Counted from the stretch's first letter, positions 35,861 to 45,691 are shown. The stretch is 47,844 nucleotides of DNA from Clostridia bacterium (GCA_017390225.1 JAFPCL010000007.1:1-47844); one strand, 5' to 3'. A program made the numbers and translations. Notes: generated from the sequence alone by a model not told the origin.

Positions 35861-37112
35861 AAAGGGTATTCAATTATATTTGTTGCCCGATCAAAAATAT
35901 AAGACCTTTTTACTGCGTGCATATTTGTTTCAACCGCTGAAAAAGGAAACCGTAACGAAAAATGCACTTTTGGGCACGATGCTCCGCCAAGGAACGGAAA
36001 AATTTCCGGATCGCTTGTCTATTGTTCGTCAAACGGAGCGGCTGTATGATACCCAGATTGATGCCGATGCACAAAAAATCGGAGAACTGCAAGCCATCCG
36101 TGTGGATTTGGGCGGTGTGAATCCTGCCTTTTTGCCGCAGAGCGAAACCTATTGGCAGGAGGCACTGGAGCTGTTCGGACAGATGCTTTTATGCCCTTAT
36201 GCTCCGGGCGGCACATTCCCCGAGGATGTGCTGGCGGTGGAAAAAGAAAATTTAAAAGATCGGATTGAAGCTGTTATCAATGAAAAACGCGGATATGCCA
36301 TGCAGCAGCTTTTAAAAACCATGTGCGAAGATGAGCCCATGGGAATTCCCGACGACGGGTATAAAGAAGAGGTTGACGGCATTTCCGGCAGTGCGCTTTT
36401 TGCACAATATCAAGAGGTTTTAAATAACAGCCCCATCTGTATTTTTGCCGCCGGCAGCTTCGATGCGGAAGCGGTGACAACGTATCTCAGAGATATTCTC
36501 AAGGATTTGCCGGAGAGAGAAGAAGAGCTTCAAAAGCCCGTGGTGATTCGTCGGGCAGAAACTCAGAAATATAAAGAAGAACGCCTGGATGTGGTGCAAG
36601 GCAAGCTTTGCATGGGCTTCCGCACCGATGCCGTGGGCAATGAACCGGGCTATTATCCACTTCTTGTGATGAATAGTGTTTTCGGCTCCGGCGCACACTC
36701 TAAGCTTTTCAATGAAGTGCGTGAGAAAATGTCGCTGTGCTACTATGCTTCTTCGGGACTTTCCCGCAATAAGGGGATTTTGATGGTTTCCGCAGGCATT
36801 GAATTTAAGAATTTTGAAGTTGCCAAAGAAGGCATTTTAAAAGAGCTCGAAAAAGTGAAGGCAGGACAAATCACGGACAGTGAAGAAACCGCCGCCAAGC
36901 TTGCGCTTTGCAATGCCATTCGTGCCGCAGAGGACAGCAAGGTGCAGCAAATCGGAAGAGCCCTCAGCGGTATTCTGTCCGGAGACACGCGCACGGCGGA
37001 AGAAGAAATGGCGGCTGTGATGGCTGTTACCAAAGAGGATATGATGGCGGCGGCGAAAAAGCTGACGCTGGATACCGTTTATTTCCTGCGTGGAGAGGAG
37101 GAAGCCGAATGA
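35841..37112 (+). CDS. M16-family peptidase-like protein lacking the HxxEH motif (YmfF/YfmF-like non-catalytic partner)
   Basis: TTG start 7 nt after AAGGAGG. Insulinase-like length and pairing, but no HxxEH near the N-terminus. ATGA overlap with the next M16 gene. Confidence 0.7.
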   Translation: MEKITIKKGIQLYLLPDQKYKTFLLRAYLFQPLKKETVTKNALLGTMLRQGTEKFPDRLSIVRQTERLYDTQIDADAQKIGELQAIRVDLGGVNPAFLPQSETYWQEALELFGQMLLCPYAPGGTFPEDVLAVEKENLKDRIEAVINEKRGYAMQQLLKTMCEDEPMGIPDDGYKEEVDGISGSALFAQYQEVLNNSPICIFAAGSFDAEAVTTYLRDILKDLPEREEELQKPVVIRRAETQKYKEERLDVVQGKLCMGFRTDAVGNEPGYYPLLVMNSVFGSGAHSKLFNEVREKMSLCYYASSGLSRNKGILMVSAGIEFKNFEVAKEGILKELEKVKAGQITDSEETAAKLALCNAIRAAEDSKVQQIGRALSGILSGDTRTAEEEMAAVMAVTKEDMMAAAKKLTLDTVYFLRGEEEAE

Positions 37113-38392
37113 TTTTCAATGAAATCAAATACGACAGCATGAAGGAGCATATTTTCTGCGGAACGCATGAAAGCGGTCTGCGTGTCTTTGTGCTTCCCAA
37201 AACAGGCTTTACAAAGAATTATGCTATTTATGCCACGGCATTCGGCTCCATCAACAACACCTTTGTACCGCTGGGGGAAGACGAGGTCGTCACGGTTCCC
37301 GACGGAATTGCACACTTTCTGGAACACAAGATGTTTGAAGAAGAAACAGGCACCAATATTTTTGATGAATTTGCACGTCTGGGCGCCAATGCCAATGCCT
37401 TCACGTCTTCTTCCATGACGGCATACCTGTTTTCCGCCACGGACTTTTTCTATGAAAATCTGGAAGTGCTTTTAGGCTATGTCAACCGTCCGTATTTCAC
37501 GCCGGAAAACATAGAAAAAGAACAGGGCATCATCGGACAGGAGATTCGAATGTATGACGATTCTCCCGATTGGCAGGTCTATATCGGCGTACTGCGCGGT
37601 TTGTATCAAAAGCACACGGCACGTCTTGATATTGCAGGCACGGTGGAAAGCATTGCACAAATCGATCAACAAGCCATGTATCGTTGCTATAACACCTACT
37701 ATCATCCCTCCAATATGTGCCTTTTTGTTGCCGGCAACGTAGAGCCCGACAAAGTGGGTGCACTGGTGGAAAAGCAATTGGCAGGCAGAACTATTGCACC
37801 GCCCGTCAAGGAATTTTTCCCGGAAGAGCCCGAAGCGGTCTGCGCACCTGTTGTGGAAAAGAAAATGAATGTGGCAATGCCGCAGTTCGTGCTGGCATTC
37901 AAAGATAATGAAGTCAGCGATAAAGACCGCCTGAAGCACGGGGCAGAAGCCGAACTTTTGTGCGACCTGATTGCAGGCGAATCCACGGATTTTTATCAAT
38001 CGCTGTATAAAGAAGGGCTGATTAACGAAGGCTTTTCCGGTGCATACGAAGGCGACAAGAGCTTTGGATTTGCAACCTTCTACGGGGAATCCAAAAACCC
38101 CATGGAAGTGAAAAATCGCATTATGGAGCGCATTGCACAAATGAAAGCCGAGGGCGTCAACAAAGAAGACTTGGAGCGCATGAAACGGCAAAATATCGGT
38201 CGCTTTATTCGCGGACTGGATCGTGTAGAAGATATTGCCAACGTATATGTCTCCCATGCACTGATGGGAGAAGATTATATGCAATATCCCGAAGCTTTGG
38301 CATCGGTGACACCAAAGGATTTGGATTCCTTGATTGCACGACTCTTTAAGGAAGAGAGCGCAACGATTAGTATTGTGTGGCCGATCGACTGA
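37109..38392 (+). CDS. M16-family zinc peptidase (YmfH/YfmH-like, catalytic partner)
   Basis: Start at MIFNEIKYD. Inverted zinc motif 'HFLEH' in 'GIAHFLEHKMFEE'. The track N-terminal extension from 36908 overlaps the upstream gene and is rejected. Confidence 0.8.
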   Translation: MIFNEIKYDSMKEHIFCGTHESGLRVFVLPKTGFTKNYAIYATAFGSINNTFVPLGEDEVVTVPDGIAHFLEHKMFEEETGTNIFDEFARLGANANAFTSSSMTAYLFSATDFFYENLEVLLGYVNRPYFTPENIEKEQGIIGQEIRMYDDSPDWQVYIGVLRGLYQKHTARLDIAGTVESIAQIDQQAMYRCYNTYYHPSNMCLFVAGNVEPDKVGALVEKQLAGRTIAPPVKEFFPEEPEAVCAPVVEKKMNVAMPQFVLAFKDNEVSDKDRLKHGAEAELLCDLIAGESTDFYQSLYKEGLINEGFSGAYEGDKSFGFATFYGESKNPMEVKNRIMERIAQMKAEGVNKEDLERMKRQNIGRFIRGLDRVEDIANVYVSHALMGEDYMQYPEALASVTPKDLDSLIARLFKEESATISIVWPID

Positions 38393-38457
38393 GCATGCAT
38401 CCGAATGGCTCACGAAAAATATAAAAATCGGATGTGGGCAGAAAGGCAGGAAAATCT

Positions 38458-39258
38458 ATGACAACCGTTTCTTTTCCCGGGCTGGGATGGGAACTTGAAA
38501 TGAACCGTGTGGCATTTACCGTTCCGGGGCTCGGAATTCAGGTACATTGGTATGGGCTGATTATCACCTTCGGTATGGTGCTTGCTTATTTATATCTGTC
38601 AAGGCGAGAAAAAAAGCAGGGCAGAAATCCCGATGATATTATTGATGTGGCACTGTATGCCTTGCCTTGTGCCATTATCGGCGCTCGTGCATACTATGTA
38701 TTTTTTCGCTGGGAAAGCTATCGGGGTGAACCGTTGGATGCCTTCAAAATATGGGAAGGCGGTCTTGCCATCTATGGCGGAATCATCGGTGCACTGCTGG
38801 CGGCACTGATATACTGCCTGATTAAAAAACATCCATTTCTTCGCTATGCAGATATGGCGGCGTTTGGGCTTTTGATTGGGCAAAGCATCGGAAGATGGGG
38901 CAATTTTGTCAACGGAGAAGCCTACGGCGGGCCGTGCACCATGCCATGGCGCATGGTGGTGAGCGGTGAAGCCTATCCCGTGCATCCCACATTCCTGTAT
39001 GAGTCTCTTTGGAATTTGTGTCTGTTTTTGATTCTGCATTTTGTGGAAAAGAAAAAAAGAAGAAAGCAAGGCTTCTTTTTCTGCTTGTACCTGATGGGTT
39101 ATGGCTTGGGACGTGTGTGGATTGAAGCACTGCGTTCCGATAGCTTGTATTTGGCAGGAAGCGCCGTGAAGGTTTCACAGCTTGTTGCCCTTTTATCAAT
39201 CGTGATAGGAGCCGTCGGTTTATGGCTTCTTTCGAAAAAAACAAAAAAATTATCCTGA
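38458..39258 (+). CDS. lgt: Prolipoprotein diacylglyceryl transferase
   Basis: 'IHWYGLII', 'GAR.YYV', 'IWEGGLAIYGG', 'GRWGNF.N.EAYG', 'HPT.LYESLWN' are Lgt signature blocks. Confidence 0.9.
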   Translation: MTTVSFPGLGWELEMNRVAFTVPGLGIQVHWYGLIITFGMVLAYLYLSRREKKQGRNPDDIIDVALYALPCAIIGARAYYVFFRWESYRGEPLDAFKIWEGGLAIYGGIIGALLAALIYCLIKKHPFLRYADMAAFGLLIGQSIGRWGNFVNGEAYGGPCTMPWRMVVSGEAYPVHPTFLYESLWNLCLFLILHFVEKKKRRKQGFFFCLYLMGYGLGRVWIEALRSDSLYLAGSAVKVSQLVALLSIVIGAVGLWLLSKKTKKLS

Positions 39259-39271
39259 GGAGGAAAAACAC

Positions 39272-39874
39272 ATGGATGCAAAAGCATTATTTAACATTGG
39301 CTACGGATTATACGTATTATCGGCAAACCAAGACGGAAAAGACAATGGGTGTATCGTCAATGCGGTTTTGCAGGTGACGGATACGCCGAAGCAAATCCTT
39401 GTTGCCGCCAATAAGAACGGACTTACCCATGATATGGTTGAGGCAACGGGAAAGTTCACCCTTTCCGTGCTGACGGAGGAAACACCTTTTGAGGTTTTCC
39501 AAAGATTTGGTATGCAAAGCGGCAGAAGTGCGGATAAATTTGCCGGTGTGGAAACCGTGCGCGGCGAAAACGGCATTTATTTTCTGAAAAACACCACCAA
39601 TGCCTTTATTTCCGCCGAGGTGAAAAACACAATTGATGCCGGCACACACACCATGTGGGTCGCCGAGGTTACATCGGCAGAGGTGTTAAGTGACAAAAAC
39701 ACCGTAACATATACCTATTATCAGAAAAATATCAAAGCGGCACCTGAAAAAAGCGAAAATAAAAAGTGGGTTTGTTCGCTTTGCGGCTATGTATACGAAG
39801 GAGAGGGTGCGCCGCCGGCAGATTATATTTGCCCCCTTTGCAAGCACGATGTGTCCTATTTTGAAGAACAATGA
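39272..39874 (+). CDS. Flavin-reductase-domain / rubredoxin fusion (high-molecular-weight rubredoxin type)
   Basis: N-terminal 'GLYVLSA...GK.NGCIVN' flavin-reductase-like domain. The C-terminus has two CxxC pairs, 'WVCSLCGYVYEG' and 'YICPLCKH'. Confidence 0.8.
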   Translation: MDAKALFNIGYGLYVLSANQDGKDNGCIVNAVLQVTDTPKQILVAANKNGLTHDMVEATGKFTLSVLTEETPFEVFQRFGMQSGRSADKFAGVETVRGENGIYFLKNTTNAFISAEVKNTIDAGTHTMWVAEVTSAEVLSDKNTVTYTYYQKNIKAAPEKSENKKWVCSLCGYVYEGEGAPPADYICPLCKHDVSYFEEQ

Positions 39875-40734
39875 GTGCATACGTCATTGAAACGGTTTTA
39901 GAATCCAAAACGGCAACCCGTGCATTTTCCTTCGGACATATCACCGATTCGCATCTGGTTTTTTCGGATGCTACCGATGATGAGCGAAAAACAAAGAATG
40001 TGGAAAGCAGAAGAGGCTGTTTTGAGAACCCCTCGGGGCTTTCTATTCAAACATGCTTTGAAGAGCAGACGACATTCGTAAAAAATGAATGTGATTTTGC
40101 TTTGTTTACCGGTGATATTCTGGATTTTCCCGCAAAGACAAGCCTTGCTTTTTTTCGGGATACCATGAAGGACATTCCTTTTTTGTATGCTTGGGGCAAT
40201 CACGATTGGAATTATGCTTGGGAGCATGAGGACAGAGCGCTTCTGCCGTCGCGGACGGCTTTGTATGCTTCCTACGGGGTTGAAAATCCCGAAATGCGTG
40301 CCGATGAGTTTGGCGGCGTGATTTTTGTGGGACTTAATAACACGGATTATCAGTTTACGGAAGAAGAATGTGCCTTCGCAGAAGAACAGCTGAAAAAGGG
40401 AAAAGATGTTATATTTTATTTTCATATTCCTCTATATGCAAAAACGTTGTGTCCCGATGTTGTAAGCTATTGGGGAAAACCCATTGTGGTAGGTTGTGAT
40501 GAGAAAGGGCTTTCGCCCGTGAAACCAATCACGGATGCGACGGTACATATGCTGAATGTTTTGGAAAAATACAGGGAAAACGTGTTGGCGGTTATTGCAG
40601 GTCATATTCATTTTTCTCATGAAGACGAAACCCCCTTCGGATGCAAACAATATGTGACGGAGGCGGGATGCTACGGTACACTGCGTCGGTTTTCGGTTGT
40701 ACCGAAGAAAGGTTGTGAATCAAATGTTGGTTAA
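39871..40734 (+). CDS. Calcineurin-like metallophosphoesterase
   Basis: 'FGHITDSH', 'TGDILD', 'WGNHDW', 'FHIP', 'GHIHF' motif series. ATGA overlap with the upstream gene. Confidence 0.8.
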   Translation: MSAYVIETVLESKTATRAFSFGHITDSHLVFSDATDDERKTKNVESRRGCFENPSGLSIQTCFEEQTTFVKNECDFALFTGDILDFPAKTSLAFFRDTMKDIPFLYAWGNHDWNYAWEHEDRALLPSRTALYASYGVENPEMRADEFGGVIFVGLNNTDYQFTEEECAFAEEQLKKGKDVIFYFHIPLYAKTLCPDVVSYWGKPIVVGCDEKGLSPVKPITDATVHMLNVLEKYRENVLAVIAGHIHFSHEDETPFGCKQYVTEAGCYGTLRRFSVVPKKGCESNVG

Positions 40735-40900
40735 CGGATGGACTACCGTGCTTTTAATATTATGGGTCATTGCCGTGGTGGCAGCCGTAGCGGCGGCAAT
40801 TTTTGTATGGCAAAAGGAAGACCGTAAAAAAAGAGTGCTTTTCTGCATAGCGGCGGCTGTAATCTACGCTGTCCCCGGTCTTCTGTTTTTGATGATATGA
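40724..40900 (+). CDS. Small two-TM membrane peptide (58 aa)
   Basis: MLVNGWTTVLLILWVIAVVAAVAAAIFVW...VLFCIAAAVIYAVPGLLFLMI. It overlaps both neighbours (by 11 nt and 4 nt). Coding status was not verified. Confidence 0.4.
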   Translation: MLVNGWTTVLLILWVIAVVAAVAAAIFVWQKEDRKKRVLFCIAAAVIYAVPGLLFLMI

Positions 40901-42297
40901 TGAAAGAAACATATATCAATCCAATCCCCGTGCCGGAAGAGATTTTGCGAAAAGAATCTTTTGGAGATATGGTTGCCGACGGCGTTGTGGGCAAGCGGTG
41001 CCTGACGGCAAAACGGCTGTTCGGGCTCACGGCGCAGAGCTTTCTTTCTGATACCGCAGGGCTTTGCCCGAAAGAGGATGCACGCCTTGGCTTTTCGGCG
41101 CAAAGCCCAAGATATGCAAACGTATATGACCATGTGCGGGAAACGGAAGCTCGATTGTGGGGATTTTTGAAGGACGGTAAACGAGTAGAGAGCCTTCTGC
41201 TTTGGGACAAAGACGAAGCATTGGCATCGCTTTTAACCGAGCTGAACCGTGGGTTTATGAAAAAAAAGACGGTCACGGGAAGCGAAGCTGTTATCATCAG
41301 TGCCTGTATGTCGGTTTCCGAGAAGGACTATGATAAGCTGTGGAAGTTTTTAAAATATGGCGGCACAATCTTGTTTTTGGATTGCATCCCGAAGGACAAG
41401 CGGCTTTTGTCGGTGCTTTTTTCCAAAAAGCAAGAAGAAAAGGCATTGCTTTCGGACACCTATCTGAAAAAAGAAACCTTCGATGGCGGCAGTCTTTATG
41501 TTTTAAAAACGGAAAAACACACAAGACACGTGCTCAAAGCCGCACTGGACGATGCTTTGAGGGGCAATGTGTGGATTGAAGACACCGAGCCCGTTTCTTG
41601 CCGTGTCAGATATTTGCATAAAAAAGCAAACGGAAAAAACATATACCTGTTTTATAATGACGACGAGGAGCGGCTGGCTTCGCAATATGTCCGCTTGCCC
41701 TACAGCACGAGAATCGTTGCCGTGCATCCCCAAAGCGGCGGCACATGGCTTCCGGAACAGCAACGCTACGAATCGGAAACCTGGTTCAAGCTGTGGCTAC
41801 AGCCGGAAGAGTGCCTTTTATACATAGAAGAGGGCGAGGAATTTCCTCTTTTGTATGCAGAAGACTATCCGAAAAAAGCAAGCTGGGAAAATCTTTCGGG
41901 AGAAGCTCGCATCAGCGGCTACGGGGCGATGCCTCGGTTCTTCTTTTCGCAAGGAGAAAAAGCCGTGCTTGTAAACAGCCGCACATGGGAGAACTACCAA
42001 ATGGCGGTAACGGTATCCAAAGGGAGCGGAAAGCTTTGTTTTGGCTTCGGAGAAGGGGTCCTTACAATCTCTGAAAAAGAGCTTTGCTATACCTTGGGAG
42101 AAGAAAAGATTTGTGTGTCGTTCTCTTTTGAAACACCGGCAAAACGGCTGTATATCTCCATAGAACAAAAAGATTTTTCCGTCAGCGCAGACGGAGAAAT
42201 GTGGATTAAGGGAAAAGCTCCCGAGGGAAGAGAATTTTCTGTTTTCAGTCAAGGGAATTTCTCGGTCAATTCGCTGTATGCGATAAAAATCAAATAA
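40897..42297 (+). CDS. Hypothetical 466-aa protein, no confident family
   Basis: Long ORF in the operon frame with an ATGA-type overlap to the upstream small ORF. No recognisable catalytic motifs. Confidence 0.55.
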   Translation: MMKETYINPIPVPEEILRKESFGDMVADGVVGKRCLTAKRLFGLTAQSFLSDTAGLCPKEDARLGFSAQSPRYANVYDHVRETEARLWGFLKDGKRVESLLLWDKDEALASLLTELNRGFMKKKTVTGSEAVIISACMSVSEKDYDKLWKFLKYGGTILFLDCIPKDKRLLSVLFSKKQEEKALLSDTYLKKETFDGGSLYVLKTEKHTRHVLKAALDDALRGNVWIEDTEPVSCRVRYLHKKANGKNIYLFYNDDEERLASQYVRLPYSTRIVAVHPQSGGTWLPEQQRYESETWFKLWLQPEECLLYIEEGEEFPLLYAEDYPKKASWENLSGEARISGYGAMPRFFFSQGEKAVLVNSRTWENYQMAVTVSKGSGKLCFGFGEGVLTISEKELCYTLGEEKICVSFSFETPAKRLYISIEQKDFSVSADGEMWIKGKAPEGREFSVFSQGNFSVNSLYAIKIK

Positions 42298-42310
42298 AAT
42301 CGGTCAAGCA

Positions 42311-42337
42311 ACACATAAGCTGTCGGCTCATATAATA
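42311..42337 (+). promoter_or_regulatory. Mother-cell-type (sigma-K/E-like) promoter motif upstream of sigK
   Basis: AC-N16-CATATAATA matches AC-N16/17-CATANNNTA. It lies 24 nt upstream of the sigK ATG. Confidence 0.3.
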
Positions 42338-42360
42338 AACAAGAAAGGAGCCGAGGGCTT

Positions 42361-43053
42361 ATGTTTTTTATTTTGGAATGGTTGTCGGGCATTTGGTTTC
42401 TGGTTTCGCATATCTCCTGCGGACGGTTTCAGAAGCCGATGACGCCCGAGGAGGAGCGGGTATACGTAGAAAAATGCAGGGCAGGAGACCAAGAAGCACG
42501 GGATCTTCTGATTGAAAGAAATCTGCGTCTGGTTGCCCATGTCGTTAAAAAATATGCAGGCACGGGCGAGGATCAGGACGATTTAATCTCCGTGGGCACC
42601 ATCGGGCTGATTAAAGCCATCAATACGTTCGATCCGGAAAAAAGCAATAAGCTTTCCACCTATGCGGCACGGTGTATCGAAAACGAGATTTTAATGCTGT
42701 TTCGCAGTGACAAAAAAAGAGCCGGCGACGTGTCCTTGCAGGAAATGATTGGGCAGGACAAAGAGGGCAACGAGGTTTCGCTTTTAGATATTCTGCCGTC
42801 GGAGGATGAAGATATATCGGAAGCCTATGAAAATAAAACCGATGCTTTAAATCTGCGCCTTGCGGTGGAAAAGGTTTTAAAGGGCAGAGAAAAAAAGGTC
42901 GTGGAGCTTCGCTACGGACTCTTAACCGGCAGAGAGCTTCCCCAACGGGAGGTCGCAAAAGTGCTCGGCATCTCCCGAAGCTATGTGTCCCGCATTGAAA
43001 AAAAGGCACTGGAGAAGCTCAAGGAGGCATTGGAAGCCGCGGGAGAATTTTAA
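42361..43053 (+). CDS. sigK: Mother-cell RNA polymerase sigma factor, pro-SigK (uninterrupted)
   Basis: 'NLRLVAHVVKKY..TGEDQDDLISVGTIGLIK', 'STYAARCIENEILM', 'DVSLQEMIGQDKEGNEVSLLDIL', 'GISRSYVSRIEKKAL' are close to B. subtilis SigK. A hydrophobic N-terminal pro-sequence 'FFILEWLSGIWFLVSHI' is present. Confidence 0.9.
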   Translation: MFFILEWLSGIWFLVSHISCGRFQKPMTPEEERVYVEKCRAGDQEARDLLIERNLRLVAHVVKKYAGTGEDQDDLISVGTIGLIKAINTFDPEKSNKLSTYAARCIENEILMLFRSDKKRAGDVSLQEMIGQDKEGNEVSLLDILPSEDEDISEAYENKTDALNLRLAVEKVLKGREKKVVELRYGLLTGRELPQREVAKVLGISRSYVSRIEKKALEKLKEALEAAGEF

Positions 43054-43072
43054 TTTTAATTTAAAACGTGTG

Positions 43073-43106
43073 CGAAACCATGGTTTTTTCGTGGTTTCGT
43101 TTTTTT
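43073..43106 (+). terminator. Intrinsic terminator after sigK
   Basis: CGAAACCA / TGGTTTCG form an 8-bp stem followed by a T7 run (43100-43106). Confidence 0.6.
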
Positions 43107-43120
43107 CTTTATTTTTTCTA

Positions 43121-43149
43121 TTGCAAAAAACATAAAAATCTGTTAGAAT
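43121..43149 (+). promoter_or_regulatory. Sigma-A-type promoter with extended -10 for the SLH protein gene
   Basis: TTGCAA-N17-TAGAAT with TGT immediately upstream of the -10 (TGnTAGAAT). Confidence 0.5.
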
Positions 43150-43198
43150 AAAAGAGATGACGTATATTTATGCGAGTAATTTCGAAGGAGGAAGAAAC

Positions 43199-45661
43199 AT
43201 GCGGATTTCCAAGTGGCTGTGCTTTGTGGTAACGGTTGTCTGTCTTTGCGTGCTTTTGGGCGCGGAAGGCTATGCTTTGGAGCTGTTTGGCAGACGCACG
43301 GTTTTCGTTCCTTCGGGTGGTGCGGCGGATTATGTGTATATGCTTTCGGAAAACGGCGAGGCGGCAGACGGCGGCTTTGTTCGTGCCGTCAGCTTGCCGG
43401 CAGGGGTTTCTTTTGATGAGAGCACCTGTCACTTGACCGTGTCCTCCAATGCCATAGTGGGAGAAACGGTGATTTTGGAATATGCCGAGTCGAATGAAAA
43501 GCCGCAGAGTGCATATATTAAACTGACGGATAATCTGGTGCAAAACGGGAATTTTGCCGACCTGCCTGCCATGCAAGGCTGGAATGTAGCGGAATCCTCG
43601 CAGGTGATGCTGTCGGAAGCCGAAAAAGAGGTCTGTGCGGTGCTTTCGGCAAAGACATATGATGAAACGGAAAACGGATATATCGCAAGGCTTGTTTCCG
43701 ATGTGACCGTGCCCATGGAGGCAGGCAAGCTCTATGTTCTTCGTGCCGATGTGCGAACAAACGATGGCGACGACTCGTATGTCACGTCGCCCCGTAATTT
43801 CGGGGTGAGCGAGGGCGGCACCATGGAGGTTTTGATTGAAGAAATCGGCAGTACGTGGCGGAATATCTATGCCGCCATGACGGCAGAGGTTTCCGGTGTG
43901 TATAATTTGAATTTGAATTTCCTTCTTCCGACCGAGGGAGAAGTATATGTGAAGAATATCGTGATTCTGGAAGAGGAGCTTGTTCCTTCGGCATTGGAGC
44001 TTTCCATGGCAAGCAGCTTCTATGTGCCGCAAAAGGATGCGGTGCTTACACTTCCCGTGACGGCACGGGTGCTGGATCAGACCGGCACGCCCATGCTGAA
44101 TGAAGCCGTGACGATTTCGCTTTTAGACAGCGACCCGGGCATTTTCTACGATGCGGCTACGGGATGCGTGCAGGTCTCCTCCACGGCATCGGTGGGTGCG
44201 CATATGATCAAAGCCGTATGCGACAGTGTGCCTTCGTTGGAAAAATATTTTATATTCAACACCACCATATCCGGCATCTACAACGGCAATTTTGAATTAG
44301 AGCCGGCAGGCGAAGGGTGGATTCTCATGGAGCCGGCACAGATGCAGGTCGGGAAAAAGATCGGCAACCAATCCGCACCCGACGGTTCTCGGTTTGCACA
44401 GGTTGCCATGAACGGTAGCACCGCTGTTTTGTACAATAACTCTTACGTATCTTTCCGTGCAGAGCAAAGCTACGTGTTCCGCTTGTCGGGGGCAAAGCAC
44501 TTTGTGGACGTGGAAACGCCCATTGCCATTTTTGTGGAAAGCTTGTCGGCAGAAGATTTTGACGAATCTTTGATTGCCGCCTATTTCACGTTGGAAAAGC
44601 AGTGGCAGGACTACTGCGCCGTGTTTACCTTTGATCGTGATGTGACGGGGCGCTTGCTTCTGGCGGTCATGACGCCGGAGGAGCACGATCAGCAGGTGGT
44701 GTATCTTGACAATCTGTCGGTAGAACGTGCAGAACTTCGTGTGCGCAATGTGAAGGTCTCGGGCACCCCGCGGGTGGGCAGTACACTGAAAGCTTCTTAT
44801 GAATTTGTGAATAACTACGACAGCCCCGATGCCAGCATGGTGCAGTGGCTCGTTGCCGATGAAAAAGACGGAGAATATACTCCCTTGGCAGTGTTTGGCA
44901 GTAGCGAATTATTTTTGGATGAATCCTTGGAAGGAAAGTATCTTTCTTTCTGTGTTACGCCGATTTCTGCAACGGCAGGCGTGTTCGGAGAACCTTATAT
45001 AACAGAGCCTTTTTTGATTCTTTCCAAAAAGAAGCCTTCTTCCGGCGGCACTGTTTCAAAGCCGACACCCGAACAGGAAGAGGGGTCTTTGTTTGCTCCG
45101 GTAGTGCTGACGACTTATCAAAGCAACCACTTTGTCGACATGGGTTCTCATTGGGCGGTACTCTACGTCAATCGTTTGGCTGATAAAGGCGTGATCCATG
45201 GGTATCCCGACGGAAGCTTCAAGCCTTCAAATTTGGTGACGCGTGCAGAATTTGCGGCCATGGCGATCCGTGCTTTGGGCATGCAAGATGGTGCATACAG
45301 TGCTTCTTTTGCCGACGTTGCTCCCGATGCATGGTACACAGGCAGTGTGGAAGCCGCCGCCGGATTGTCGCTGATGCAGGCACGAAAAGACAGAAACTTT
45401 ATGCCCGATGCACCGATTACAAGAGGTGAGATTATATATTTCCTCGGAAAAGCGCTTTGTCTGTCCGGAAAAGAATTGCCGCAAGGCGAGCATACCGGAG
45501 AAGAAAAGGCGTTATCCCTTGAAGAATACGAAGCGCTTTTAAAGGCTTGCGGTATTCTTTTGGGATATGAGGATGGAAGTATGCGGGAAGAGAATTATGC
45601 AACACGAGCGGAAAGCGCGGCAATGCTGACACGTCTTTTGACGTGGTGGCAAGAAAAATAG
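43199..45661 (+). CDS. Cell-wall-anchored surface protein with two CBM-like modules, an Ig-like module and three C-terminal SLH domains
   Basis: Start at MRISKWLCFVVTVVCLCVLLGAEGYA (signal peptide) with GAAGGAGG SD. 'VQNGNFADL..MQGW' and 'IYNGNFELEPAGEGW' are CBM4/9-like openings. The SLH motif 'FVDM..HWA..YVN.LADKGVI.GYPDGSFKP....TRAEFA' is followed by two more SLH-like repeats. Confidence 0.8.
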   Translation: MRISKWLCFVVTVVCLCVLLGAEGYALELFGRRTVFVPSGGAADYVYMLSENGEAADGGFVRAVSLPAGVSFDESTCHLTVSSNAIVGETVILEYAESNEKPQSAYIKLTDNLVQNGNFADLPAMQGWNVAESSQVMLSEAEKEVCAVLSAKTYDETENGYIARLVSDVTVPMEAGKLYVLRADVRTNDGDDSYVTSPRNFGVSEGGTMEVLIEEIGSTWRNIYAAMTAEVSGVYNLNLNFLLPTEGEVYVKNIVILEEELVPSALELSMASSFYVPQKDAVLTLPVTARVLDQTGTPMLNEAVTISLLDSDPGIFYDAATGCVQVSSTASVGAHMIKAVCDSVPSLEKYFIFNTTISGIYNGNFELEPAGEGWILMEPAQMQVGKKIGNQSAPDGSRFAQVAMNGSTAVLYNNSYVSFRAEQSYVFRLSGAKHFVDVETPIAIFVESLSAEDFDESLIAAYFTLEKQWQDYCAVFTFDRDVTGRLLLAVMTPEEHDQQVVYLDNLSVERAELRVRNVKVSGTPRVGSTLKASYEFVNNYDSPDASMVQWLVADEKDGEYTPLAVFGSSELFLDESLEGKYLSFCVTPISATAGVFGEPYITEPFLILSKKKPSSGGTVSKPTPEQEEGSLFAPVVLTTYQSNHFVDMGSHWAVLYVNRLADKGVIHGYPDGSFKPSNLVTRAEFAAMAIRALGMQDGAYSASFADVAPDAWYTGSVEAAAGLSLMQARKDRNFMPDAPITRGEIIYFLGKALCLSGKELPQGEHTGEEKALSLEEYEALLKACGILLGYEDGSMREENYATRAESAAMLTRLLTWWQEK

Positions 45662-45691
45662 CCTTTTACATGACAAATGGAGGAATAAAAT

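Noticed and set aside
42361-43053. skin-like intervening element splitting sigK
   Set aside because: The ORF is continuous through all sigma-70 regions 2-4 and aligns end to end with B. subtilis SigK motifs.
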